From positions 62,001-126,000 of the forward strand of contig MU271216.1 of assembly GCA_021432655.1 (NCBI GenBank): a stretch of 64,000 nucleotides of DNA, given 5' to 3'. Below, piece by piece: positions 1 through 12,326 of the stretch. Each line of letters begins with the position of its first letter. Position 1 is the stretch's first letter. The notes below the pieces were generated by a model. It had not been told where the DNA came from. It ran no database searches and saw only the letters and a program-made list of their open reading frames with translations. Made by a program: the position numbers and the translations under genes. The DNA is from Atractiella rhizophila (lineage: Eukaryota).

Positions 1-139
1 CTGGACAAAAGATCCCCTGGAGGTTTATCGTACACGGTCGACAATAGATCTCAAAGAGTGGTCACAGATGGCCCGGGATATACTCTCCATTCCAGGTTGT
101 TTTTCTCTTTCTTTCTCACATCCATTACTGAGCTAACAA

Positions 140-276
140 GTCTTTGCTACGCAGGCTGTTCTGTGGCTGTTGAACGTGTCTTCAGCGGAGCTCGCGACTC
201 TATTGGGATCCACCGTGCACGCCTCAAACTGGACACCATTCAAGCGCTCATGGTTCTTAAGGCTCAATTGCGCTGA
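140..276 (+). mobile_element. hAT transposase C-terminal (hATC dimerisation) fragment
   Basis: CSVAVERVFSGARDSIGIHRARLKLDTIQALMVLK matches the hATC motif S-x-x-ER-x-FS...R-x-x-L. The upstream part lies mostly outside the window. Confidence 0.75.
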
Positions 277-879
277 GAGAGGGATCGGAAGACAAGGAAG
301 GTCAAAACAGCTCTTGCTGCAATTGCCAAAGAGGCTTGATTTCTCAATTTTCTGTCTTAGCATTGAAATTGTCCTCTTTTTTGTTTGTTTTGTTGCTCAA
401 ATTGCTTGATTTACACTCTTAAGGCTCCCTAGCCTCTGCCTTATTGTTAATACATGTTTATTGCATAGCGTAAAGCGTACATCCCTCACGCATCCCGTCA
501 CGCGCAACTTCGACGTGTGGATGAGCCCTTCAGACCCGTTTTCACACACCTGCCAGCCTTCAGTCGACGTGAAGCAGCTCACGGAACCTCCAGCACCCAC
601 TTCGTTCCCACCCCGCTATGCATCCCTAGCTCTATGGCAGCACTATAGGATCACTACTATCACCCTATCAGCTCGAAAAGAGGGTTCCGCTCGACCCATC
701 GAACCAAGAATCCCAGTTGGTTCTACAACGCATCTCATACGCCCTACAAGTCAAGTGGCGATTCATGGCCCTACCGGACGATTACCAGAACGAACCTGTG
801 CTAGCTCAGAAACTCAAGGATTCATTTCCCTTGAACTTTCCGAACCCACCCACCTTTTAGGCCGTACAACGGTTAGAGA

Positions 880-1050
880 AGCAGCAGATACGGTTGCAAA
901 GCTGTCGGAAGTTTATGTGGTGGAGTACAAGCCGGGTGACATTGTTATTCTTAAGGGAGCGGTCGTGGTTCACTGGATTGGCCGGTTTGAAGGGAGCGTT
1001 ATGGGTTAGTGTGGTTTTCTCATGAAGAAACTCAGTCTTGTATTTTGGAT
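880..1050 (+). pseudogene. C-terminal fragment of a 2OG-Fe(II) dioxygenase-like protein (TET/JBP-like fungal group)
   Basis: VVEYKPGDIVILKGAVVVHWIGRFEG, then after a 1-nt shift in a G run ERYGLVWFSH. This is the terminal His...G-x-R-x-x-LV-x-F strand pattern of the DSBH fold. No HxD part seen. Confidence 0.45.
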
Positions 1051-1449
1051 TGGTATGTTCTTCTCAGCACCATACACTTATCATTAAGCTAATGAATAAC
1101 TGGAGTTATATCAGTTATAATAAACGGTACAGGAAGCATCATGGCATGCAGAATTCTGAAGGAAGTAGTGATGAAGGTTAGTATATTTGGTTCAGGGCTC
1201 CACGCAATACAGTTTACGGTGTTTCCGTAGTATTTTTACGTGATTGAAACAGATATTCAAGACAGTCAAAATGCATTGCATAAAGAACTGCTTTAGAACA
1301 AAAAGATAAATTACTGTGAGCTAAAAGAACTGACAGTCCATTATACTTAGCACTGCAATAAAGTAATGATGAAACTTTATAGTTATGTGAACAATTAAAA
1401 AGGTAGAAACAATTGAAAATAAACAAAGGTATCTGTATCCAAATTCACC

Positions 1450-4080
1450 AGACCTCTGGCACCTTCACACCTTCCACCAGCCCTGCTTTTGTCATCATCA
1501 TTTCTGCCAATCTTTGATCCTCCATGGAGGCACGTACATCTGAGGCAATCCATTTTCCCCATGAAAACAGCCGCTCGACTGCTGCATTTGAGCCTGGGAT
1601 CACAAGATAATTCCGAGCCATGCGTTGACATATCGGATAGAGAGATCCGCTCTCCTAGAGCAAGAAGACACTCAGTCATGCAAGGGGTCCAGTACAGAAA
1701 AGGCTTACCTTCCAAAACCCAAGACTACTGCCTGAGGCTGCATCTGCCCTATTATTAAATTGATCATACTCATGCTCTACCACAGGACAAGTGGTCACTT
1801 CATCATCTGAAAGGGGCTCTAAATCATAAGAGGCCAACTGGACATGGCGGCACGTGGGGGGAATGGTCGGAAGCGGAGCAACTTGCATATCCATATTATA
1901 CTTCCTGGTTTCTTGCATGTACTCTGGCTTGATGGCACCTTCTGCATGCTTGTAAATTTCAGGAGAAAACCTTGAGAAGAACTTGAGCCGGTATTGTGGT
2001 GTGAGACCCTGTGCGATATGATGTGAGTTTTTTAGAGTATTATGCAACATAACTCACCTGTAGCTAAGATATAATTCTTCTTAGACTTCATTGGCTCGTA
2101 ATACTTGTTCAGTTTTGTGATGCTCGCTTGGACCGCTGTGTGGATTAGTTGTTTGGTAGGATCATTGATAACCTTGACGAGAGATTTATGGAGGCGGTAG
2201 AGAGTTGGCAGAACATCACCAAGATGGGACGAAGTGCATTGGAGTATCATTGTTGCATCCAAGAACAGCTAGAAAAGGTTGGAGCGTGTCACAAAAAAAA
2301 TGAGGAATGAAGACTGACCTTCAAAATGTTGACTACCATGGAGATTTCTTGCCACACACTGATTTTGAGATCATAGCTACCGAACTGCCGATGATGTTTA
2401 GAGCAGAAGCTGTTGAGTGCCTGGATCCAGGATTCAAGTCAGTTCCATATACCCAAACCAAAAGATTAAAAGAAGCTTGCCTTTCGAATCTGATATGCGC
2501 GTTCAACACTCTGAACTCTGAGTTCCATCGAGTCTGGTTTTTCCTTTAATGGTTTCAACCCACGTAGCGGATCATCGTGGTTATAAACAGCCCGAGATAC
2601 CTTCAAAAATGCTGATTGTCATTCCGATGAACGTCGAATCATTGCGGAGAGGGTGAGAACCTGTCAGGAACACAAGTCACTTTTCGGATCATTATGACTG
2701 CCGGCATACCTTTGTTCGAGCCACTTGAAATGACGCGGTCAGAGCAATGTCCCCCCCTGTGACATCCTCTATCTCAAGCTCCATCTCATCCCAGCCCAAC
2801 TCCAAACTCGCAATTGAGATGCTGCCATCATCCTCATCCTTGTTATCATTGCAAGCTGGAGCTGGTTCGGTGTCATCGGGATCTGGAGCATCTAACGGGA
2901 TTGCTCGTGTTGACCCGTCGGGTTCCGGAGCAGCTCCTAGTGAAGCAAGTAGAGCTTGTGCAGCAAGATTGATGACACGAAGTGCACATCCGCTGAAGTT
3001 GTGTGTGTCATCCCATCCATCTTGCCACCCAAGAGTCGCCAGTTCCGGACGAGACAATCCGTTCGAAGCATGATCACAACCGATATTCACTAAAAACCTT
3101 TAGCCTTGTATCCAAATTATAATCACAGAACCAAAACGAACATACTCAGCTTGTCCGGAATCCTTCTATCTTGACAGACCTTCGCAATTTTTCGGCAAGG
3201 ACCAAACCAGTCGCGGAGTTGTACAGGACCGAGCACCGTAAAACTCTTTCGTGCTTGATCCAATCATTATTAATGAAATGCCCAATTATCCCAACGATAT
3301 GGTGCAGAGATCCATTGCTTGTCCAGCTGTCAATCTCAATATGGATTGCAGCGGGATGTGCCTGACACAAGCATCATGTGAGAATGCACACACAGACAAA
3401 GGAAAAGCAACATACATCAATTTCTTCTTGCACGCTCTTTTTCAGCGTATCGTACAACCGTCCTGACCACTCCTCCGCTGCAGTCGACCCGTATATTGAT
3501 AGTCCAGCCCTCGCCAATTGGAACGCATCTCTCAGTTCCTCTTGATCAAAGATCTTGAAAGGGTGATCATGCCGCACCATCCACTGAACAAGCTTTCGAA
3601 AGATTTCGTCGATTTGGGGTATGGTGACACTGACTGGGATCTGTTGGTGACCGCGTAAAACAGAAGGAGGTAGTGCGGGGAGCTCCACGTCGGCCTTCTT
3701 TCGCTCCCGACATCTGTGAAGATGATTATTCATATTTGAGTATTGGTTACCCCAAACTCTGCGTACAGATCTGACAACAAATAAATGAATCAACATGACC
3801 CTCACAAATGAACATCATACGCACCAACACAACTTGCAGTAATAGACACACGGATTGCTTCGTGTTCCCTTTGGATAAATCGGAGACTGCCCGTCATGCT
3901 AGCAAGTCCATTACGGATCTGTAAGCACTGCAAATGCAAGCCACAAAAGCGATTAGAATAAGAAATAACTTCACCTGCACATGCGAGCCACAAAAGCAAT
4001 GGGACTCGCACTGCAGGGGTCTGGCATATTTGTGAGAAATATCACCGTAGCCCATTGCCGTTCCTTGAGCCAATTGTCAA
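1450..4080 (-). mobile_element. Degenerate, near full-length hAT transposase (BED-like finger, DDE core, hATC)
   Basis: Collinear motifs across frames: SNMNNHLHRC (BED end), WMVRHDHPFKIF, IEIDSWTS...IIGHFINNDW, GCDHASN, CALRVINLAAQALL, TRWNS, KLNKYYE, and RMARNYLVIPGSNAAVERLFS near 1560-1620. Contains introns and frameshifts. Confidence 0.85.
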
Positions 4081-6269
4081 GCAATAGAAGAAGAAAAAGG
4101 GAAAGAGAAAAAGTCACAAGGCCAAAATGACGTAGGAAGTGAGAAATGTGAATGCTCGTCGCGTCCCTCGCTAAGGTGTCAAAGTCGAAGGAGGAGGATA
4201 GGGGAGGGCAGGATGTTTGGTGTGCAGGACAGTTGATAATGTCCTACGGAGAAATTGGGGATTGGTTACGCGGTGCCAGCAGGCGAAGGAACCGACAGAC
4301 GGTACGAGGTGAGATGTCGTCCGCTCCTCTCCACCACTCGCCACCCGTACGGTCCTCACTCTCCTCCTCCTCCGCACACTACCTTCTTCAAACAAAAACG
4401 TACCTGCCCCCTCCCAGGCGTTCTCCCTCACCAAGCCCACCTCGACCAATTCATCCGCTGTACCTCCACCTCTGCCATCTTCTACTTCAAGCCCACGAAT
4501 ATACCAATTAGCTGCCGCCTCACCATCTGCCTCATTCACAGTGTCGCTATAAATTTTGAGACACGAGCGTAGATACTATCGAATCAGCACCACCGTTAGC
4601 TGCAAGCAAGGGTGGAAAAGGGAACAATCCGTACCTCCCCAGGCTGAGGCATGCAGTGGAGGAGTTGTGTTGCTCAGCTACTTGTTTCAGATACGCTATG
4701 GCGTCTGACGAGTCATCGGATATTAACGGCATCTGGTTCAGGAGAATGGTCATAACTCAAGCCTTCGTGAACTGTTTATGAAAGAGAGCCGCAAAAGATC
4801 ACATCTGCGCGGGGTCGGCCTCAGTTTGGAAAAGGCAACCGTAGGAAGCCACATTCACTGTTAAGGGATTGAATGTGAGGACATCATTTCAGTCTTCTCC
4901 CAGAAAAGAAAAAGATCGTCTTGTTCATTAGGGCTGGGATATTTCAAAGGAAATGCATTCAGCCGAAGCAGCAGCATGCATGCTCGAGGGCTGCCTGCCC
5001 TTTAACCGCAATAGTTGATACGATGCGGGAACAGAGCAGCTTGTTTACGAGCTGCAACTACCTCAAGGTAAACAAGCAGGATCCAGGGTTTTATGTCTGC
5101 CTGGGTTCTTCAAAACGAAATGCCGAAGTAATATCTCAAAATACAATTGAACGCAGGCTTTCATCGACAAATACAAATGACTTGAAACCAAACGGAGCGA
5201 CAGCACGCCAAGAGCTCAAGTGGCGCACCCATTCCTAGCATCCCGCTCAACGAACTCGGTTACATACCTGAGCCCGTCACAACAAGTTTGTTTCTTCGTT
5301 CTCTACACCTTCTTCGCCATCCATATCGGGTTCCTGAGCGTGCTCGCTGGTTTGTGCTTCAGATGTTGGGACCAGATTTGAAGATACCATGATATGTTGT
5401 CAGAGGCAGTGGTAGGGTAAAGGGTATGCAATATTGCCCCAGTGGGTAACGTTAAGATAATAGGGGAGTGAGTTTTGAGAATACTTTTAGGTGGAGAACG
5501 AGCAGACCCGTCGCCCAACGGGTCGGAGTTGCTCGGCGATAAAACTGGTCTACCAGTTTTGGCCTGCTCAGTTTCGACCAGCTTTTTGGCTGCAAATTTT
5601 CTCAAATTTGAAGCGACAATTGCTGCTTGCGCAAACCCCTGGGGGCGACCAATTTGCCAGGCCAGATCGTGACCACATTCACCTAACCAGCATCAGCATC
5701 TGCACGCACATTCCTACCACATTTTGATTGGGTGTTGATTAACAGAAGAAAAGAGATCGGGTACGTGTGATCAAAATTATTAGTTAGGGTCGGTGACGTG
5801 ATAAACTTTGAATCAAAATCCAAATTCAAGTCAAGTCATGAACGTTTCCATCACTTGTCCTCTTGGACATTACCTGAGTGGACTGTTGACAACGCTTGAT
5901 ATACAGATAATTAGTAAGCACTCCAACTAGTTATTCTCCTCATGATCAAGCCACTTGTGAAACGAATATGCGATGCATCGAAATGGCACAAATCGAGGTC
6001 GAACAGTGCAGAACTTGGGTTTGGAATAGATGTATTGGGTTTTTTCAGGCTCAATGGGGCCGTAACAAGTGTGTCGCATCACCGCCTTTCCCGTAATCCT
6101 TAATTGCATCCTCACTGCCAGGGACAGTTCCTCAGGGGCCGTGTCCGCCTTCGATTGTGCGAATATTCCTCACGGAGTGACTAACATCTGGATCCTTATT
6201 GTGTTTCTGCCCTTTTTTTTTTCAATGACCCGATGTGCGTTTTTTCTCTTGTTTTTGAGTGGGTATTGA

Positions 6270-6551
6270 ATGCTAGTCGCCATCAGCATGTTGTCTCTGG
6301 AGGATGCCGAGACACACTTCAACGAAGTTGGAGAGGTGACGGTGGCGGAAGAAGAATTGCCTGAAGAGGTGACGGTGGAAGGAGAGCTGTCTGAAGAAGA
6401 GGTGGGAGAGTCCGAAGAAGAGGTGGGAAAGATGTTGTCTCCAAAGAAGAGGCGAAAGCCACGCTGTAGTGAGTGTCATAGAAGTGGCCATAACAAGCGG
6501 GGATGTCCTAGTTTACGTGCTGCTTCCAACTCCTCCCACATCTCCACATAG
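6270..6551 (+). other. Short ORF with an acidic tract, NLS-like PKKRRK and a CCHC zinc knuckle; probably a transposase C-terminal remnant
   Basis: CSECHRSGHNKRGC is Cx2Cx3GHx4C, the type found at the ends of MULE or pogo/Fot1 transposases. No catalytic core seen nearby. Confidence 0.45.
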
Positions 6552-7391
6552 AGAGCTTTTATACAACCTTCTCGATCCTTCTCGTTTTTCTCATGGGTAT
6601 TGTCTAACCAACCAACCAATATCGTAGTTTAGTATTTACAACAGTGGACGACTTTCCGTAAAAAAAAATGCAGCCTGCGCGGAAATCAATTAAATTCTGC
6701 TTGACTAGAATTCAGGCAAATTTATGGGCAGGTATAACCTTCCCATCGACATCCATGGTGGATTCTTCCCAACAACGTTCTTAGTAAGAGGAGCAATGGA
6801 AATGCCCGAGGTCGTTATCAATGGCTGTCGGCCGATAAATCTTCATTCCTGGCGCAAACATTTGGACCTGGCGCTGACTTGCGATCCTGAATATGGTTGA
6901 GAACCCTGGAATAGTTGTCAGGGTTGTGCTTTCTGGAAATTGATATCCTTCCTGAGGTTATTTGGTCAGTGTGCTTTGTAGACTCTCAACGATATTCTTT
7001 GATCATTCTCTTGACCGCCTGAGAAGAGGATCCGTTTGGCTTGTTCATTCTTCTCAGTTAGAAGCGATGGACATAATTAAGCTCGATATATTGAAGTAAT
7101 CAAGGTAAGGAACGGACTGTGGTAAGGCTTCCGTATCCCCTACATTCACGGGTGTATCCGCGCTACCCACGGGCGAACCCGAAAAGGTGTTCTAGGTATT
7201 TCTCAAATAAATCGACATTGCCTGATACACTCTCGAGCGCACATAGTTCATTCGTATTACTTGGCAACTTTTCTAGAGATGAGGGGTTCTTGTAGATCAA
7301 CCGAAGGTTGTTGCTGCCGATGAATCCAATCCAATCTGGGAAACAGCATTGACAACTCATCGAGTTCTTCGTCCGTCCTCTTCATCTGCTG

Positions 7392-8690
7392 CTAGGCAAT
7401 CAAAGTTTTTGGAAGCGGACAGGAATAGCAGGTCATTGATTCAGAATGTTTACTTTCAGTCGAACTTGAGCTTTCAGGACCAGGATTTGCGGTTCGCACC
7501 GGGAAGTGGTAGACAGTAAAGTTGGGGATGGTTGACGCTTCCATGGTCGAATCTTCAGGAAGGAGTTGGTCTTCGGTTGCATGTGGAGAAGAGTCGCCGG
7601 GAGACCTGTTGGCTTCTGGAATGAGCTGGATACTTTTCGTTGCAGTGTACGACGGATTGGGACCAAGCAACTCCAGAAGCCGTCCTTCGGAGAAAGATGG
7701 CTCTAGTCGTACAGTTTTCAACACTCGAAGATTCGCGTCGTCCAGGATCCAAGGGTGTTGACAAGCTTCTGTAACGCCCATCCGCTCGTCTACCCTTTGT
7801 CTGCATAGCCGATGGAGGAAGTTGTAACCTGTACATCACTTTAACACTCACAGCAATGTATTAATGAGATCTGTCATACATTCGGGAGAAGTACCCTCCG
7901 GCAAATCCTTCCACTTTAGAACACGCCTTTCAAGACGCGTGGCAAGAGGTACTTCCGAGTTTTCGCAGTCGAAAGGAATGGCATTGATCATGCAGGAGAA
8001 GATGACGAGGCCTAGAGCCCATGCATCACATTTTCGGTATACTGACCAAATTCCTTCGCGATGGCCTCTGGAGCCAACCTTTACAGATCCATTATCAGCA
8101 ACGGGGTCAAAAAGGGTAGCAAGGACAGGTGTACCAAGTCGTCCTCAACTCGCTTTCCTGAACCATCCCCGCTAAGCCAAAATCTGCAATCTTCACGACA
8201 GGGTTTATTCCATGAGTAATGAGAATGCTACCCGGCTTGAGATCCCAGTGAACAATCTTTTTGGCGTGAAAGGCAGCGATAGCTGGGAAGAGCATCTTAG
8301 CAATCTGCCTCGCGTCTTCCCCCAATAAACCTCCGCGTTTTGAGACATAACTGAGGAGGTTCCGCCATTGACGTATTCCAGGACCAGACAAAGGTCATCG
8401 TCATCGTCAAAGCATTCGATAAGCTTGACGACGTTTCGATGGTTAATCTCGTTGAGGATCGCCATCTCTTTCTCAAACATTCCTTTGGTCGTTTCAGACT
8501 TCAGTCTCGACTTCTTGAAGTGCTTCACGGCTCGTACATTGCTCGTCCCACGCTCGATCACGCGACATACCTTCCCAAAAGAATCCCTGTCACAATGAAG
8601 TAAATATGAGACGACATAGCGAGAAAGTGAGCTGCGGACATTCCAATAGGGATTGATTTATTGGTGTCAGCTTCATACCTAAACTTGGTT
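7392..8690 (-). pseudogene. Ser/Thr kinase, CAMK group (Chk2/Rad53/Dun1-like), disrupted
   Basis: RAVKHF, FEKEMAILNEINHRNVVKL, LVLEYVNGG / frameshift / IVHWDLKPGSILI, VKIADFGLA, DAWALG, EACQHPWI. The catalytic loop HRDxKxxN is altered to HWDLKPGS. Confidence 0.75.
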
Positions 8691-10482
8691 TGACGCACTG
8701 TGGATCATGTGCGGATCTGCCTTTACATTCTTTCAAAGAAACGCGGCGAACTATTGGCCATTGCTGTGACGCGCATCGTGATCGCGGGAAGTTCTTGTCG
8801 ACATAGGATTCTGTAGAGCGTACCCGGGCTCACGGTGGGACGCAAAGCTCTTCTACGTTCAGAAGCCAGTAAGCGATTCGGAACCACCTTTACGGGTTCG
8901 CCCGCGTGCAGCACAGACAGATCTATGCCCAACCTCGTGATCGTAAGCTCCATTCTTCTCCAAGGCTTCCCAACCAGAAGCCAGCGCTCCGAATGTCAAA
9001 CATGGGTGAACCCGTACCGTTCACGGACGAACCCGTGCGAGGTATTCTCGAAGTAAGATGGACCCTCGGGTGGACCCGAAAAGGACGATTTATGTCTGTT
9101 TTCGAGTCGACTAAGAAGCTGGTCGTTTGCGAACTCTCTGCTCTTCTACTCCTCGGCGTCACGGACTGGTCCGTTCTTTTCCCCTTCTTCAGTTGGCTTT
9201 GGACGTTGCAGTTCGCGGAATCCAGATGAACTTGTGGAACCTTTGGTGGAACTCATTGGAAAACTTGCGCAAATTTCTAAGGACATCAAACCCGTATGAT
9301 CTCAGCAATTTCCGTAGCTCGAAGCTTTTGGGATCTTTGGTCGTGTCGGCTTCCAACTCCACTAACAACCTCTCCTTTTTCCTCATGGACCACTTTCACC
9401 GTAACCTCAATTTATGTGTCTCTCTCGCCACTGATCCTCCGCCAGGCCCTCTCAACCCAACAAGTCCAATTGCTCCCACCCAAAAGTGCCTCCATCATCC
9501 GCCTCCTGGAGTCAACCAGGTTAATTGGTCCTTACCTTGAGTCTCCAATCAATTTTCTCTCAGTTCATCCATAATGCATTTTGTATTGAAGTCGGCAACC
9601 CATCGTGACGGATGCTATATCGTTCGGTGATCCATCAATAATGCGACAGGATTGCACAGGAATCAATTCATCGAGAGGATTACCAAACCAAACCTTGCAC
9701 ACAGTTTAACCGGCAACGCTACGAGTATATTCCAAACCTCCACCACCGCTTCTTTGTGGACATCCACGGCTCGCGCCGTAGCCGCGAAGGCGAAGGAGCT
9801 GTGTTCGCTTTGCTTTTTGCTTTTTGTCCTTGACGAAACCGAGACGCAAAGCGAAGTTTAAGCCGGAGCAAAGCTTGAAAGTGATGACTTCCTCTCTTCA
9901 CGGATGTGATGTCAAGTTTGATTCCTGCTGAATTCTGGTCAGAATCTGTCAGAATTTGAATGGGAGTTTCCGCAATCTGCGTTTCTTTGTTCTCCACTCC
10001 GCCAGAAGAGCTTTTCGTTCCCCCCAACCACGGGCCCCGAAGAGAAGATGGGGCTAGAAGGAAGGAAGGTTTCCCCTCTCGGGCGGACCGGAATGGCGAT
10101 GATTTCATTGATCCAGCGTTCCAACAGGTTATAAGGAAGCGGAAAGAGGACGGTTATCGTTTACCTGCGCTGGGACCAAATGGTCATTACTTGCTAAAGG
10201 GACCGCTTGATCAAATCATTTCTTGCGGGTACTGGATCAAACGGTCAGTTTCATAATACCCAAGATGGAAAGTCATTTTTGATGCGGATCAAACGCCGTT
10301 TGCTGACGGATGGCTGCATCGACGGCGTCGAAACTGATTCTAATAAATTCTGGGAACAGAAGCGAAATCAGAGTGGTCCAACTTAGAAAGTTGAGGGGTG
10401 GTCCCACTTTCGCCTCCCGCTCCGAGTTTGGTGTGTCTTGTCCAGCCGCTCCATTGGTGAGGGGAGCTGACGGGAAACACAG

Positions 10483-12026
10483 ATGGCGTCCATTAAGTCT
10501 CTTCCCATCGAACTCCTCACGCATATCATCAGGCTGCTCCTCCTTGACCTTCAACAAAGGCTTCCCGATGATTCTGAAGGCTCCTCATTTCCCTCCTCGC
10601 TCCAAGTTGAGGTACTGTCAATAGCGACATCACTCACGCCTTGCTTACAAAAGTGTACAGGCCAGTTCTCCAATTTGGTACTCTTCCTGGCCGCGATCCT
10701 ATTCATACTCCTCATTCCGACTAGTTTCACCTGTTTGCTACCACTTCAGAGTGGCAGCACTGCAATGCTGGTTGCACACAATTTGTATATCTGCTAGTAC
10801 AACGGTTGCGCGGGAGGGGTATCCCAGTTTCAAAGCGATTGAGTGGTTAACGCAAGTAGGAATGGAGATGAGGCAGCGAGTAAAAAATATCTCCTGGATT
10901 TTCGAAAAGGATTCCGAGGAACTAACTGAAGGAGGCACTTCGACGTGCGGAAAAGTCGCTTCAATAGCCTTAGGGAAAACTTTGGCTTCCTTTCCAAGCC
11001 TGAGTGGGTTAGTGGCACGCAGCAGATATCATGGACTTCCATCTTCCTCTAATCTTCATCTTTGACGACGCCGAGGGCAGGAAGATGGACAACCTAAAAC
11101 AGTTGACATTGAATCCCGACGATGGGGAAGATGAAAACACTCACCTTGGACGGATTGGCTTGATGGATCTGGAAAGGATATCAAAAGTCGCTCCGAACCT
11201 CCAGATACTGACTGTTCACTACCTTCGTTCCTCCCCTTCGAACTGTCCGATGAGGCGTCTAGCTCCCCTTACCCATCTCGCCCTCTACGAGTGCAAACTT
11301 CGACCGTCCGATCTCTCCTTCCTCTTCCTCTCGGTCGTGGTCTCCCTCCGATCCTTGGCAATCATTCACCTCTCGTCCGAAGGTTACTCCGCCTCGCATC
11401 TTCCAATAGCTCTCGAACCTCTCTGCCCTCGCCTCAAAACCTTGTGTTGGAAAGCATCCTGGGACGACGACTGTTTCGTCGGCTTCTTAGGCCCATTGTT
11501 GGAGAAGATGAAGAGCCTTACGGCTCTGGTAGATCTTGGTGGGAATGCTCTGGACGGAAGGAGTGCGCTTAAGCTGCCCGATACCTTAGAAACGTTGGCA
11601 CTCCGTGTGGGTAATAATGAACGATGGAAGGCAAAGGTGGTCCTGAAAGCATTGGGGAGTTCGTATGGGGAGAGCGAAAAGAAAGCGTTGAAGAGATTGA
11701 GGAGATTGCGAATTTTCGGGCATGGTTGGGGTTTCATGGAAGGCATGGAGCTCCTCAATATCCTGACGTCCTCGAGGGCAAACGTGACGATGCAAATGCG
11801 GGACGGAGACTCCTTCTTCCTCATGCCAACAGACTCAGAGTTTCAGAGATTTATTTGCTGGGATTCGAATACCATCGATCCTAGCATTCCATGGTGCCAA
11901 ATCCAAACACATGTCTTCAAGAAAGTCGGAAGACATCGAATGGACCGGCGGTTATTTTCGAAATGGGCTTATGGGACGGTTCCACTTTCGATTACAGGCG
12001 TTCTCACATGGGACGATACTTTTTAA
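10483..12026 (+). CDS. F-box/LRR-like protein (introns and/or frameshifts; possibly a pseudogene)
   Basis: N-terminal MASIKSLPIELLTHIIRLL is F-box-like. The 331-aa ORF at 11031 has LRR-type repeats (LTHLALYECKL, LRSLAI, LKTLCW, LETLALR, LRRLRIFG). Confidence 0.65.
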
Positions 12027-12326
12027 CTTTCTGAATTGTTACCCTAATCCATGTTGATCCATGGCCTTTGAAATTTGACAGCTCCATACGGGAGGAGGAC
12101 ATTTGTGAATGCGATCAATACATGCATCTAGCTAACTTTAACGACTTCTATGACACAGCACAAGGATTGACATTTCAGCAGATTGTCGGCCGCTTAAGAG
12201 GTCACTGAAGCTTGAAGAGAGGATAGATTCACTGAACCTCCCATATGGGTACAGCATCAGTCATTCCATCCTGTGTTTTGTACTTAATTAGTTGACAACT
12301 ACTAAATATGAGTGAGCAAAATAAGT

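Noticed and set aside
445..870. Possible solo LTR interrupting the 461-1009 ORF
   Set aside because: No clean TG...CA ends, TSD or second copy found.
4152..4572. Overlapping Pro/Ser/Arg-rich ORFs
   Set aside because: Low complexity with no recognisable motif.
5785..5850. TAGGGTCGGTGACGTGA as a hAT-like left TIR
   Set aside because: It resembles the end at 20546 only loosely, and no partner inverted copy was found.
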